Part shown: piece after piece, positions 9,364 to 19,220 of the stretch
Position numbering within the stretch: position 1 is the stretch's first letter
How the letters are laid out: each line of letters opens with the position of its first letter
Source of the DNA: an uncultured Candidatus Saccharibacteria bacterium
GTDB taxonomy: Bacteria; Patescibacteriota; Doudnabacteria; UBA920
Assembly: GCA_964384035.1 (NCBI GenBank)
Contig: CAYLIB010000007.1
Coordinates: 18,769-82,768 of the forward strand
Direction of reading: 5' to 3'
DNA: 64,000 nt
Made by a program: the position numbers and the translations under genes
The notes under the pieces: model-generated
What the model was told of the DNA's origin: nothing
Databases searched by the model: none
Seen by the model: only the letters and a program-made list of their open reading frames with translations

Positions 9364-10374
9364 ATGAAAAATAAAAGTAAAGTAAATAAAGTATTGGTAT
9401 TACTAGGGATATTGTTATTATTTGTAATAGGAGTTTTATTTTTTTTGTACCTGCAGTTTACACCGTTTGAAAAATCGGAATTAGGTCTGAATTTTTCTTC
9501 TAGGCATATTACTTATTTGGGTATGGACTGGAAGAAGATTTATTCTAATATTTTTACAGATTTAAAACCTAAGTATTTAAGACTTCCAGTGTATTGGGAT
9601 GATGTAGAAAAACAACCAGGTGTGTATAATTTTTCTGATCTAGAGTATCAATTGGAAGTAGCCAAGCAAAATAATGCAAAAGTTATTTTGGTTGTTGGAA
9701 AAAAACAACCAAGGTGGCCTGAGTGTCATGTACCGGAATGGGTAAAGGGGTTGGAGGTTGAAGAGCAAAGAAACTCACTTAGGGACTATATTATGGAGTC
9801 GGTGAAGCATTTTAAAAGCTATGACGCTGTGGAATTGTGGCAAGTGGAGAACGAGCCTATATTCGGATTCGGTCCAAATTGTCCTAAAATTGATACTAAA
9901 GAATTATCGGAAGAGATTGGTTGGGTAAGGAGTGGGGATGATAGAAAAATTATTGTTACAGATAGTGGGGAATTAGGTAGATGGGTACCAACCGCTAATT
10001 CCGGTGCGGATTATTTTGGATCTACTATGTATAGGGTTGTTCATAATCCGAAAATTGGATATTACTCATATCATCTACCGCCGTTATTTTTTAGATTAAA
10101 AGCTGGAATGTTAAATACTTTAGTACATCCAAAAAAGATTTATGGGGTTGAGCTGCAGGCTGAACCTTGGTTTGCAACAGATGTGCTGCTAACGCCGATT
10201 ACAAGGCAAAAAGAGTTGATGAATGCTGATATTCTTCTGGATAATATTAGATATGCTCAGAAGAGTGGATTTGAAAGGCATTATCTTTGGGGTGTTGAGT
10301 GGTGGTATTGGATGAAGGAGAAAAATAATGACAGTAGTTTATTGGATGTTGCTAAAAAAGAATTTAAATATTAA
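9364..10374 (+). CDS. Membrane-anchored clan GH-A glycoside hydrolase
   Basis: N-terminal TM helix; RLPVYWDDVE...YNFSDL, WQVENEP (acid/base), VELQAEPW. Confidence 0.7.
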   Translation: MKNKSKVNKVLVLLGILLLFVIGVLFFLYLQFTPFEKSELGLNFSSRHITYLGMDWKKIYSNIFTDLKPKYLRLPVYWDDVEKQPGVYNFSDLEYQLEVAKQNNAKVILVVGKKQPRWPECHVPEWVKGLEVEEQRNSLRDYIMESVKHFKSYDAVELWQVENEPIFGFGPNCPKIDTKELSEEIGWVRSGDDRKIIVTDSGELGRWVPTANSGADYFGSTMYRVVHNPKIGYYSYHLPPLFFRLKAGMLNTLVHPKKIYGVELQAEPWFATDVLLTPITRQKELMNADILLDNIRYAQKSGFERHYLWGVEWWYWMKEKNNDSSLLDVAKKEFKY

Positions 10375-10383
10375 TGAGTAATT

Positions 10384-11208
10384 ATGAAAGCTGTTTTTGA
10401 TATAGGAGGCACGACAACAAGGGTTGCTGTTTACGAGAATGAAAGTATTCCATTAAAACCTATGGTTTTTAAAACACCTAAGAGACTTGATGAGGTGATT
10501 AGTAAATTGGTAGGGGAAATTAGGGCCAGTATAGCTGGTGCTCTTTTATCCGAAGTGGCAGGAGGACTAGCAGGGGTTATTTCCACAGAAGGAAAAATAG
10601 AAAGATCTGTAAACTTGCCGAATTATGAAGGAAAAAATTTAGCGGCTATTTTAAAGAAAGAGTTAGGGTGCGATGTATATTTAGAAAATGACTGTACTAT
10701 GATAGGTTTAGGTGAAATTCAGAAAATTAGTAAGAGTAATTCTAAGGTCTTAGCGTATTTGACAATAAGTACGGGAGTCGGTGCTAAAAGATTTGTGGAA
10801 GGGAAGCCGTCTGAGAGCTATTTAAATTTTGAACCCGGTAAACAACTTTTATTAATAGAGAAAAATAAAAATAAAACTTGGGAACAGTTGGTTTCGGGTT
10901 CTGCAATTTTTAAAAATACAGGAAAAATTCCATCTACTATTAAAGAAAGAAAGTTTTGGGAAGAAGAAGAGAGGTTGGTAGCTATGGGTTTGTATAATTT
11001 AATTTTACATTGGAGACCTGATGTGGTGATACTAGGTGGCGGGGTAGTTATTAATACTCAGTTGAGTTTATTGGGAATTGAGAAACAATTGAAAAAAATA
11101 AATGTTATATATCCAACATTGCCAAAAATTGTGAAAGCTAAACTCGGTGACTATGGGGGTCTTTATGGGGCAAGGTATTATTTGGAGAAGATTAAAAAGA
11201 ACGCGTAA
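10384..11208 (+). CDS. ROK-family sugar kinase
   Basis: FDIGGTTTR, LENDC, ISTGVG, VILGGGV. Confidence 0.85.
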   Translation: MKAVFDIGGTTTRVAVYENESIPLKPMVFKTPKRLDEVISKLVGEIRASIAGALLSEVAGGLAGVISTEGKIERSVNLPNYEGKNLAAILKKELGCDVYLENDCTMIGLGEIQKISKSNSKVLAYLTISTGVGAKRFVEGKPSESYLNFEPGKQLLLIEKNKNKTWEQLVSGSAIFKNTGKIPSTIKERKFWEEEERLVAMGLYNLILHWRPDVVILGGGVVINTQLSLLGIEKQLKKINVIYPTLPKIVKAKLGDYGGLYGARYYLEKIKKNA

Positions 11209-11211
11209 TAT

Positions 11212-11727
11212 TTACGCGTTTAGTGGGAATGGGTAAGATAGATCCGTAGAAGATGAGGTTAGATTTGTAACGTCTCTTTCTAGATCGGCTCTTCCCATTT
11301 TTAGGGCGACTCTGTTTTGTGGGTGCTCGATGCGTTGTCTCGACCCTTTTCTGCGGTTCAAGCTTAGGAAGTAATAGTTTTTTGTTGTAGAATCTTGTGT
11401 GTGTTTGATAAGGATTTCATCCACCGCAAAATTATCCACTACTCCGCTTTCTATAGCGAGTAAGAAATATACAGCCGCTATATTTTTTTTGAAATATATT
11501 TCCGGGTTGTTTTCACCACCGTGTTTTTCCTTAAAAAAAGGGTGGTTTTGAAAATATTCCGTAGCGAGGCTGTCTATGTTACGTAGTTTTTCTTCCAAAG
11601 AGAGTACGCTTTTAAGTGCGGATGCTCTTTGGAGATAGCCACAAAGTAAATCGTAGTTCAAAGCAATTTGGAAGTGATTTTGGATTTTTTTGATTACTTC
11701 CAAAGGAAGATCGGCGCAGTATGCCAT
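11212..11727 (-). CDS. Hypothetical protein (orphan) with SD
   Basis: 171-aa ORF; AGGAGG at 11732-11737. Confidence 0.7.
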   Translation of the reverse strand: MAYCADLPLEVIKKIQNHFQIALNYDLLCGYLQRASALKSVLSLEEKLRNIDSLATEYFQNHPFFKEKHGGENNPEIYFKKNIAAVYFLLAIESGVVDNFAVDEILIKHTQDSTTKNYYFLSLNRRKGSRQRIEHPQNRVALKMGRADLERDVTNLTSSSTDLSYPFPLNA

Positions 11728-11758
11728 ATTCCCTCCTAGAGTTTTTGCAAAAGCGACA

Positions 11759-11941
11759 GGATTGTATATTTTGGTGTAATTTCGCTGATTTTTTTTGTGC
11801 GTCCTTTCACAGTAGGGAGCAGTCTTTATTCCAGGACCGGCATAGCCGGATTATTGCATAAACACTTCACTTTTTCCCAATCAATGACGCTTCAGGTCCG
11901 TACTTAAAAATCGACGAAACTACACACAAAATCTGCAATCC
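11759..11941. repeat. Long-palindrome element, AAAATCTGCAAT family, copy A
   Basis: GGATTGTATATTTTGGTGTAATTTCGCTGATTTTT ... AAAAATCGACGAAACTACACACAAAATCTGCAATCC. Confidence 0.7.
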
Positions 11942-11969
11942 GTTGGAGTATGACGTTAGGAACGCATGC

Positions 11970-12968
11970 TTAGTCACGGTGTGAAATTTCGTCTTTGTTA
12001 TGGTGCCAGTGTAGGTGGGTTCTGTCAATGAAATTTAAAGCTTCCTCGGAAGTTTGGAACCAGTGGATTTCTTTGTTTCTTTTCCACCAGGTCATTTGTC
12101 GTTTGGCATAATGTAGGATATCCGTTGTTAGATTGTTCACGAATTTTTCATAATCAATTTTTTTTTGGAGGTATAGACTGCTATGTTTATATTCTAAGCC
12201 AAAATCTATCAACTTTTTCCAACTTAGCCCCTTATCGTGTAAATTTTGGACTTCATCCAGTAATCCTTCTTGTATTCTTGTTTCGAGTCTTTTTGAGATT
12301 TTATTTTTTAGGTCTTCGGGTTTTGGATTTAGTCCTATCCAGATATAGTTGCTTATTTTTGATTCGTCTCTTGTAGGGACAGGCTTCCCACTAGTAATTA
12401 CAATTTCTAAAGCCCTAATGAGTCTTCTTCTGTTGTGCTTGTCTATGGCATTTGTTCTGGCTGGGTCTAGTTTGGAAAGTTTTATTATTAAATTTTCGGT
12501 TGTTTCTATTTCTAAGGTTTTTCTTAGTTCTGGATTTGGGGGGACATCCGGAAAGTTTTGATCGTAAATAATAGCGTCCATCCAATGCATTGTACCACCA
12601 CAAAGTATAGGGATTTTACTTTGCTCTGCTATTTTATTGATTATTTTTTTAGCATAATTTTTGAATTCTGCTGCGGAGAATTGTTTTTGAGGGGATATTA
12701 GATTAATTCCGTAGTGTGGGATGTTTTTGTACATATATGATCTGGGTGGTTTGGATCCCCGCCTCTGTGGGGATGACACGCTATATTTAGTTTTAGTTAG
12801 AGGGGTTACTTTTCCTGAGCCAATGTCCATTCCTTTGTAAATTTGTCTTGAGTCTACGGAAAGAATCTCCCCGTCTAGTTTTTTCGCTAAGCTAACTGCT
12901 AGTTCGCTCTTACCACTAGCGGTTGGTCCTATGATAGCTAAGCCAATAAATTCTGGTTTTTTAATCAT
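11970..12968 (-). CDS. miaA: tRNA dimethylallyltransferase
   Basis: GPTASGKS, DSRQIYKGMDIG, GGTMHW, RRLIRALE, YAKRQMTW. Confidence 0.95.
   Translation of the reverse strand: MIKKPEFIGLAIIGPTASGKSELAVSLAKKLDGEILSVDSRQIYKGMDIGSGKVTPLTKTKYSVSSPQRRGSKPPRSYMYKNIPHYGINLISPQKQFSAAEFKNYAKKIINKIAEQSKIPILCGGTMHWMDAIIYDQNFPDVPPNPELRKTLEIETTENLIIKLSKLDPARTNAIDKHNRRRLIRALEIVITSGKPVPTRDESKISNYIWIGLNPKPEDLKNKISKRLETRIQEGLLDEVQNLHDKGLSWKKLIDFGLEYKHSSLYLQKKIDYEKFVNNLTTDILHYAKRQMTWWKRNKEIHWFQTSEEALNFIDRTHLHWHHNKDEISHRD
12752..12777. repeat. REP/dRS3-like palindrome inside miaA
   Basis: TGG-ATCCCC-GCCTCTGT-GGGGAT-GAC (ATCCCC-N8-GGGGAT). Confidence 0.65.
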
Positions 12969-12996
12969 GGTAATTTATTGTATAATAAAGGGAGCA

Positions 12997-13569
12997 ATGA
13001 AAAGAAAATATACTATTTTATTCGTAATATTAGTAATAATACTGATTTTAGCAGGTCTTTTAATTATGCGGAAAAATAGTGGAGATTTAGAGAATAATAA
13101 GGGTGGAGATACTAAAGCCATAAACGATAGGGAGATAAACTCGAATAAAGACATAAATTCAAGCCAGCAAAAAATAGATACAAATCAGGATGCTTTGAAT
13201 GGGGGTGCTGAGAATTCTCCAAGTGAACAAAACGATGCAAATCTTGCAGATAAGGAAATACAGGGTAGGTTTAGCTCAGAGGAGGATATAGGTGGTGGGT
13301 CTGCTCAGGTTTTTAGAGTTACTTTCGACGGTAAGAGTTTTAATCCGCCCAGTTTAAAATTATCTAAGGGTGATATTGTATGGTTTGAGAATAATTCTAG
13401 TGAAGCCCTTTGGATTACAAATAATAATTTGATTGATTTTTCTCAGTTAGATTCTGGTAAAGATATTAAGCACGGTGAGAGGTTTGAGTTAATGTTTCAG
13501 AGAACCGGGAAATTTGATTATGTTAATAAGCATGATGGCACCAAAGGATTATTGGAGGTAATTCAATAA
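12997..13569 (+). CDS. Membrane-anchored cupredoxin-fold protein
   Basis: Start reassigned to ATG 12997 to avoid overlap with miaA; TM helix, polar linker, C-terminal FNPPSLKLSKGDIVWFEN...GKFDYVNKH; no Cys copper ligand. Confidence 0.7.
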   Translation: MKRKYTILFVILVIILILAGLLIMRKNSGDLENNKGGDTKAINDREINSNKDINSSQQKIDTNQDALNGGAENSPSEQNDANLADKEIQGRFSSEEDIGGGSAQVFRVTFDGKSFNPPSLKLSKGDIVWFENNSSEALWITNNNLIDFSQLDSGKDIKHGERFELMFQRTGKFDYVNKHDGTKGLLEVIQ

Positions 13570-14397
13570 ATGAATATTGAATGGGATACAGTTGGCCATG
13601 ATTTTATTAAAAGTCTTTTTGCGAAGATAGAAAAGACTGGGCGATTTTCAAATGCTTATTTAGGAATAGGCCCTAAGGGTGTTGGCAAAGCGACTTTGTT
13701 TAAAGAGTATGCAAGGAGAATAACAGGGAGGAATTTTGGGGAGCACCCTGATTTGTTGTTTCTCGATGGCGAAAGCGAGGGTTCTATGGATACGCTTCGG
13801 TCTTTTTTAGCTAGTACTAGGTTTTCATCTGTAGAGTTCAGAAATACATTTGTGCTCTTAGATAACATAGATAGTATAAGTCTTGCTAATATGAACGTTA
13901 TGCTTAAGACACTGGAGGAGCCATCTGAAGGAACTGTGTTTTTTTTGGTTTCTCATACTAAAAATATACCTAAAACAATAATCTCAAGATGTTTACCTTT
14001 AACTTTTTCAAAATTAAGTAAGGTTGAATTGAGTAAACTGGCGGAATTGAAGGGGTTTAAGGTTTTGCCTGAAAATTTATTAGCTTGCCAAGGCTCTTTT
14101 TCACGACTTATTCAAATGAGTGAAGATGCAAAATATGAAAATATTTATTTACCCGCGGCAAAAGAAATTGCAATGTGCTTGAGGAAAGGTTTGTTCGAGA
14201 GATTGCTGCTTTTAAATAAGCTATCTGTATTGGAGAGCGAAGATATTAAATGTATTTTTGAAATTACTCTAGAGTTAGTTAAAAAAGACTTGATAGACGG
14301 ATTGTCTGTAGATAGAGTGAAAAAAGTGTTAGAAGCCTTAAGAAGGATGCAAACTAATATGAATAAAAAATTAATTTTACAAGGAGTTTTGCTCTAA
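13570..14397 (+). CDS. holB: DNA polymerase III delta' subunit
   Basis: GPKGVGK, HPDL, LKTLEEP, TIISRC. Confidence 0.85.
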   Translation: MNIEWDTVGHDFIKSLFAKIEKTGRFSNAYLGIGPKGVGKATLFKEYARRITGRNFGEHPDLLFLDGESEGSMDTLRSFLASTRFSSVEFRNTFVLLDNIDSISLANMNVMLKTLEEPSEGTVFFLVSHTKNIPKTIISRCLPLTFSKLSKVELSKLAELKGFKVLPENLLACQGSFSRLIQMSEDAKYENIYLPAAKEIAMCLRKGLFERLLLLNKLSVLESEDIKCIFEITLELVKKDLIDGLSVDRVKKVLEALRRMQTNMNKKLILQGVLL

Positions 14398-14402
14398 AAT
14401 TT

Positions 14403-15473
14403 ATGAAATTTAATTGGAAAAATTTAATAACATTGCTTTTGCTCTCGACTATAGCCGCTGGTTGCAATCCTTTTGTGAGCACGAGACCGGCTGGATTAGT
14501 GCGTACCTCAAATGGTGGTGCGGATTGGGTGATGGCTAATGTGATTTCGGGGAATCAAAAAGCTAGTCTAGCTGACTATTCTTTTTCTGTACTTACTTTT
14601 GCTAATAATAAACGCGAAGTTATTTATGCTGGTAGCTATACTGGGGGTTTGTATAAATCTGAGGATTCAGCAGGGTCTTGGAAGCAGGTGCTTAGTCGCA
14701 TATCTGTGTATGATGTAGTGGTTAGTCCTACAGATGAGCAGGTTATATACGCGGCTGGGTTTGGTGTAGACCATGGTAAGCTTTTAAGAAGTTTGGATTC
14801 TGGTAAAACATGGGAAGAAATGTATAGTGAGGAGGCAACGAATAATGCAGTCCGTGCGGTTGCGATAAATCCTGCAAATGTAAGCGAGGTTACAATCGGT
14901 CTTTCGTCTGGAAATTTGGTAAAAAGTTTCGACGGGGGTAGGAATTGGGTACTTGTAAGAAATTTTGAAGATCGGATTAATAGGATTAACTGGTCAAATG
15001 GAGCGATGTTTGTAGTCTTGAGAACCAAGGGGGTATTTGTCTCTACGGATGGGGGTGTAAATTTTACTGAGTTAACCGCACCAATTCTACATAAAAGCGG
15101 GGATGCTTCTGGTTTATATTTAAACTCGACTGATGGGGCTTCTGTATTTAGTCAGTTTGCGGTAAATGATAGTGACCCATCGGAAATGTATGTCACAACA
15201 GATAAAGGTGTATTTAAAACGATTACTGGTGGAAAAACTTGGGTTAAGTTGAATGTTCCGATACAAAGAGGAGATATTCAATTTAGGGCAGTAGCTTTTG
15301 CTCATTCTAATCCTAAAATTGTTTATTTGAGTGCTGGGAGTACAGTATATAAGACTTTGGATGGTGGGGTTTCGTTTCAGACCCAGGGTATTGTTACTTC
15401 AGGGTTTATTAACTATATTTTAGTAGATAGAGAATTGCCGCAGATAGTTTACGCAGGTGTCTTTACTGAATAG
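14403..15473 (+). CDS. BNR/Asp-box beta-propeller lipoprotein (YCF48/VPS10-like)
   Basis: Lipobox IAAGC; repeated S/T-x-D-x-G-x-(T/S/N)-W/F Asp boxes. Confidence 0.8.
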   Translation: MKFNWKNLITLLLLSTIAAGCNPFVSTRPAGLVRTSNGGADWVMANVISGNQKASLADYSFSVLTFANNKREVIYAGSYTGGLYKSEDSAGSWKQVLSRISVYDVVVSPTDEQVIYAAGFGVDHGKLLRSLDSGKTWEEMYSEEATNNAVRAVAINPANVSEVTIGLSSGNLVKSFDGGRNWVLVRNFEDRINRINWSNGAMFVVLRTKGVFVSTDGGVNFTELTAPILHKSGDASGLYLNSTDGASVFSQFAVNDSDPSEMYVTTDKGVFKTITGGKTWVKLNVPIQRGDIQFRAVAFAHSNPKIVYLSAGSTVYKTLDGGVSFQTQGIVTSGFINYILVDRELPQIVYAGVFTE

Positions 15474-15477
15474 TTTT

Positions 15478-15598
15478 GATGGAATTTGGGGTCTATCGAA
15501 GTCGGGGTCCTGCCACTGCGGTACTCCAAAAAGTCCTCGGCTGCACTGCGGGCTTTTTAGAGGCCTCCCCTCCGTGTCACCCCTCCCGGAGTTTCATT
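15478..15598. repeat. GC-rich structured palindromic element upstream of frr
   Basis: Nested stems GGGG/CCCC and CTCCAAAAAG/CTTTTTAGAG; CACTGCGG occurs twice. Confidence 0.55.
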
Positions 15599-15618
15599 AA
15601 TAAATAAATAAGATTTTT

Positions 15619-16176
15619 ATGGTAGATTCTATAATAAATTCGAAGAAAGAGGAGTTTGAGAAGGTTTTGGGGCATTTTGAACATGAAATTAATGGGCTTA
15701 GGACGGGGAGGGCTTCGACTGGGTTGCTTGGGACGGTAAGGGTGGAAGTTTACGGTAGTGAAATGCCTTTGGATCATGTAGCTAGTGTTACGGTAAGTGA
15801 TGCTAAGACTCTAACTATTAGTCCGTGGGACAAGGGGAGTATGCAGGCAATAGAGAAGGGTATTCAGCAGGCTAATTTGGGGCTTAATCCTTCTAATGAT
15901 GGGAATGTAATTAGAATTACTGTACCGGCTTTAACCGAAGAACGTCGTAAGGAAATGGTAAAGGTTTTAGGACAGATGACTGAGCAAGCTAGGATTGGAA
16001 TAAGACAAGTTAGGGAAGAAATATTAAGAGCCTTAAAAAAAGCTAAGGAAGACGCAGAGATTTCTGAGGATGACTTCTCTTATGCTCAAAAGAAATTGCA
16101 AGATGTTGTAGATAAGCAAAATGAATTAATCAAGCAAATATCTACCGAGAAAGAAAAAGATTTATTAACTGTATAA
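15619..16176 (+). CDS. frr: Ribosome recycling factor
   Basis: LRTGRAS, PALTEERRKEMVK. Confidence 0.97.
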   Translation: MVDSIINSKKEEFEKVLGHFEHEINGLRTGRASTGLLGTVRVEVYGSEMPLDHVASVTVSDAKTLTISPWDKGSMQAIEKGIQQANLGLNPSNDGNVIRITVPALTEERRKEMVKVLGQMTEQARIGIRQVREEILRALKKAKEDAEISEDDFSYAQKKLQDVVDKQNELIKQISTEKEKDLLTV

Positions 16177-16181
16177 TTGTC

Positions 16182-16251
16182 AGTAACAAGTGGCAAGTAA
16201 AAAGAATAAAGGATCTCGTTATTTATTACTTGCCACTTGTTACTTTTTACT
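16182..16251. repeat. Heptamer-repeat hairpin
   Basis: Perfect 19-bp inverted repeat AGTAACAAGTGGCAAGTAA (16182-16200) / 16226-16244, built of 7-nt units. Confidence 0.75.
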
Positions 16252-16272
16252 AAGATTATTTAAAACGATTGA

Positions 16273-17394
16273 ATGTTTTTTACAATATTTATTTTTGTTC
16301 TAATTTTGGGAATTCTAGTGCTAGTGCATGAGTTTGGCCATTTTATAGCTGCGAAAAAAAGTGGGATGAAAGTAGAGGAATTTGGTTTCGGTTTCCCTCC
16401 TAGGCTTTTTGGTGTTCAGAAAATTGATGGAAAGTTTAAATTCATTTTGGGTCATCCAAAAGAGGTTAATAAAGATGCTGTTGTCTATTCTTTTAATCTT
16501 ATTCCACTGGGTGGGTTTGTTAAGATATTAGGTGAAAATAACGATGCCGCTGATGTGCCAGGTAGTTTTACAAGTAAAGCTTTTCGGCCGCGATTAGCAA
16601 CTTTGCTTGCTGGTGTGGCGATGAATTTTATATTGGCTTGGTTTTTGATATCTATTGGTTATATGGTTGGTTTGCCGGTTGGAATAGATGAGACAGTAAA
16701 GATATCTAAGTATGCAAAGTTGAGTGATGTTAAGACAAATATTCTTGAAGTTGACCAGGATTCTCCGGCTTTTAAATCAGGCTTAAAACCGAATGATATT
16801 ATTGTAAGCATAGACGGAAAACCTTTTAGTATTGTAGAAGATGTGCAGGAGTATATAAGAAAAAATAGGGGGAAAGAATTCAACTTTGTAGTTAATAGAG
16901 GAGGTAAGAAAGTAGATCTGATAGTAAAGTCTATAGAGAAGCCTGGTGAAGGACAGGGTTCGGTAGGCATAAGTATGGTTTCTGTGGGCAAGTTAAAGTA
17001 TCCATTCCCGTATGCGTTTTATGAGGGGGTAACTACAACTGGAATACAAGTTAGAAACATATTTTATGGATTGTATGACCTTGTAACTAGTGGTCATGGT
17101 CTGTCGAGTGTGGGCGGTCCAGTAAAGATTGCTCAGTTGACAGGTGAAGTAGCAGGGTTGGGGCTTATATACTTGTTGCAATTTACTGCATTTTTGTCTT
17201 TAAACTTGGGTGTTTTAAACAGTTTGCCGTTCCCGGCGCTTGATGGTGGTAGGGTTTTGTTTTTGCTCATTGAGAAAATTAGAGGTAAAAAAAATAATCA
17301 GAAAATGGAACAGTACGCAAATGTGATTGGTTTTTCTTTACTACTTCTTTTAATGTTAGTAGTAACCATTAAAGACATTAAGGGGTTCTTTTAG
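16273..17394 (+). CDS. rseP: Site-2 (RIP) metalloprotease with PDZ domain
   Basis: HEFGH, PLGGFVKI, NSLPFPALDGG. Confidence 0.93.
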   Translation: MFFTIFIFVLILGILVLVHEFGHFIAAKKSGMKVEEFGFGFPPRLFGVQKIDGKFKFILGHPKEVNKDAVVYSFNLIPLGGFVKILGENNDAADVPGSFTSKAFRPRLATLLAGVAMNFILAWFLISIGYMVGLPVGIDETVKISKYAKLSDVKTNILEVDQDSPAFKSGLKPNDIIVSIDGKPFSIVEDVQEYIRKNRGKEFNFVVNRGGKKVDLIVKSIEKPGEGQGSVGISMVSVGKLKYPFPYAFYEGVTTTGIQVRNIFYGLYDLVTSGHGLSSVGGPVKIAQLTGEVAGLGLIYLLQFTAFLSLNLGVLNSLPFPALDGGRVLFLLIEKIRGKKNNQKMEQYANVIGFSLLLLLMLVVTIKDIKGFF

Positions 17395-17416
17395 ACAGAT
17401 CGTAAGGTAGGATAAT

Positions 17417-17500
17417 GAATGAAGAATAACGAATGACGAGAAGGGGAAATCTCCTAAGCACATTCAATAGTCTTTATTCTCTATTCTTCATTCTTTATTT
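17417..17500. repeat. Heptamer-repeat hairpin
   Basis: GAATGAA GAATAAC GAATGAC ... TTATTCT CTATTCT TCATTCT. Confidence 0.7.
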
Positions 17501-17514
17501 TTCATCCACATTAT

Positions 17515-19218
17515 ATGAGACAGAGTAGGTATTTTTTAAAAACAAGTAAAACTTTTTCCGCAGAGGATACGATTATATCGGCTCGTTTATTAAAACAGGC
17601 TGGTTTTATTCGTGAATCTGTAGCTGGTCGGTATTATTATCTTCCGTTGGGTATGAGGGTGTTAGAGAAGGTTATGGGTGTAGTGAGAGAAGAAATGGAT
17701 ATGAGCGGTGCTCAGGAAATGCTTTCTCCAATTTTGCATCCATTAGAATTATGGAAGGAGACTAACCGTACAAATACAGCAGGTTTTGAACTTATGCAGG
17801 TGGAGGATAGGCGAGGTGCGAAATTTGCTTTAGGGGGAACAGCTGAGGAGATGTTTGTGGACCTGGTTAGGAAGTTTACAATGAGCTATAAAGATCTTCC
17901 TTTTCATATATATCAATTCTCACCTAAATTTAGAGATGAATTGAGAGCAAGAGGTGGCTTGCTTCGTGTGAGGGAATTTATTATGAAAGATGGGTACTCT
18001 TTTCATAGAGGGGAGGAGGATTTTGGGGAGGAGTATGAGAAGATGAAAGAAGTTTATTCGAGAATTTTTAAAAGGTTGGGTCTTAGGACAGATACTGTAT
18101 TAGCTGATAACGGTTACATTGGTGGTGAATATTGTCATGAATTTATTGTCGAGTCGGAGAGTGGAGAAAGTAGGTATTTTGTAACAGAGAAAGGTACTGC
18201 TGCTCATGAGGACGTAGCAACTTTTGTAAGAAATCCAGCTAATAAAGATCAGGACATACTGCCAATTGAGGTGATTGAACAACCAGATTGGGTTAGAAAT
18301 ATGGAAGAAAATGAAAAGCACTACAGAAAGTCAAAAAATCATTTTTTAAAGAATGTTGTTTATAAAAATACAAAAAGTGGTCAAATTATTGTAGTTACCC
18401 TTACAGGTGATTTAGAAGTTAATAAGACTAAGTTAGAACAGGTTTTAAAGTCGGTTGGGCAGTTAGAGGATGCTACAGATGAGGATTTAGAAAAAATGGG
18501 AACAAAATCCGGTTATGTACATTCATGGGGTTATCCAAATGTATTTACTGTTGCTGACGTCGTTCTTTTGGAGGCCAGAAACTTGATAGGTGGGCAAAAA
18601 ACGGAAACTACGGATACGATAAATGTTAATTACGGTAGGGACTTTACTTGTGACATGATTGCGGATGTGGCAATGGCTTATCCTGGTGCTCGCGCTGAGG
18701 ATGGGGGTGTATATGAAGAAAAGAAAGGTATTGAAGTCGGTAATATCTTCCAGTTGGGGTATCACTACTCCAACCTTATGAAGGGTGCGGTTTTTACCGA
18801 TATAGATGGTGAGGAAAAACCATATTATATGGGTTGTTATGGTATCGGAATCGGGAGAACAATGGCTGCAGTTGTTGAGATGTGTAATGACGAAAGGGGT
18901 ATTATTTGGCCTGAAAGTATCGCTCCATTTAAAGTACATTTAGTATATGTTTCTGGTAAAGGTGAGGGTTTAAAGGAAAAAGCTGATCGAATTTATAAAG
19001 ATTTACTTGAAGCGGGGATAGAGGTTTTGTATGACGATAGGGAAGGGGTGACAGCAGGAGAAAAATTTGCTGACAGTGATTTGATAGGGATTCCTTATAG
19101 GGTAGTGGTCTCAACTAGAAGTCTTGAGAAGGATAGTGTGGAAATTAAGAGACGAGATGAGAAAGATGGTGTATTGGAACCTTTGAGTACGCTCGTCAGT
19201 TATTTCAGGAATAGTTAG
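17515..19218 (+). CDS. proS: Prolyl-tRNA synthetase (bacterial type with insertion domain)
   Basis: KFRDELRARGGLLRVREFIMKDGYSF, GIEVGNIFQLG, MGCYGIGIGR. Confidence 0.97.
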   Translation: MRQSRYFLKTSKTFSAEDTIISARLLKQAGFIRESVAGRYYYLPLGMRVLEKVMGVVREEMDMSGAQEMLSPILHPLELWKETNRTNTAGFELMQVEDRRGAKFALGGTAEEMFVDLVRKFTMSYKDLPFHIYQFSPKFRDELRARGGLLRVREFIMKDGYSFHRGEEDFGEEYEKMKEVYSRIFKRLGLRTDTVLADNGYIGGEYCHEFIVESESGESRYFVTEKGTAAHEDVATFVRNPANKDQDILPIEVIEQPDWVRNMEENEKHYRKSKNHFLKNVVYKNTKSGQIIVVTLTGDLEVNKTKLEQVLKSVGQLEDATDEDLEKMGTKSGYVHSWGYPNVFTVADVVLLEARNLIGGQKTETTDTINVNYGRDFTCDMIADVAMAYPGARAEDGGVYEEKKGIEVGNIFQLGYHYSNLMKGAVFTDIDGEEKPYYMGCYGIGIGRTMAAVVEMCNDERGIIWPESIAPFKVHLVYVSGKGEGLKEKADRIYKDLLEAGIEVLYDDREGVTAGEKFADSDLIGIPYRVVVSTRSLEKDSVEIKRRDEKDGVLEPLSTLVSYFRNS

Positions 19219-19220
19219 GT

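Noticed and set aside
11759-11947. Integron attC sites explaining the orphan cassettes
   Set aside because: RYYYAAC/GTTRRRY core sites are not consistently present, there is no integrase, and the orphans are dispersed with their own promoters.
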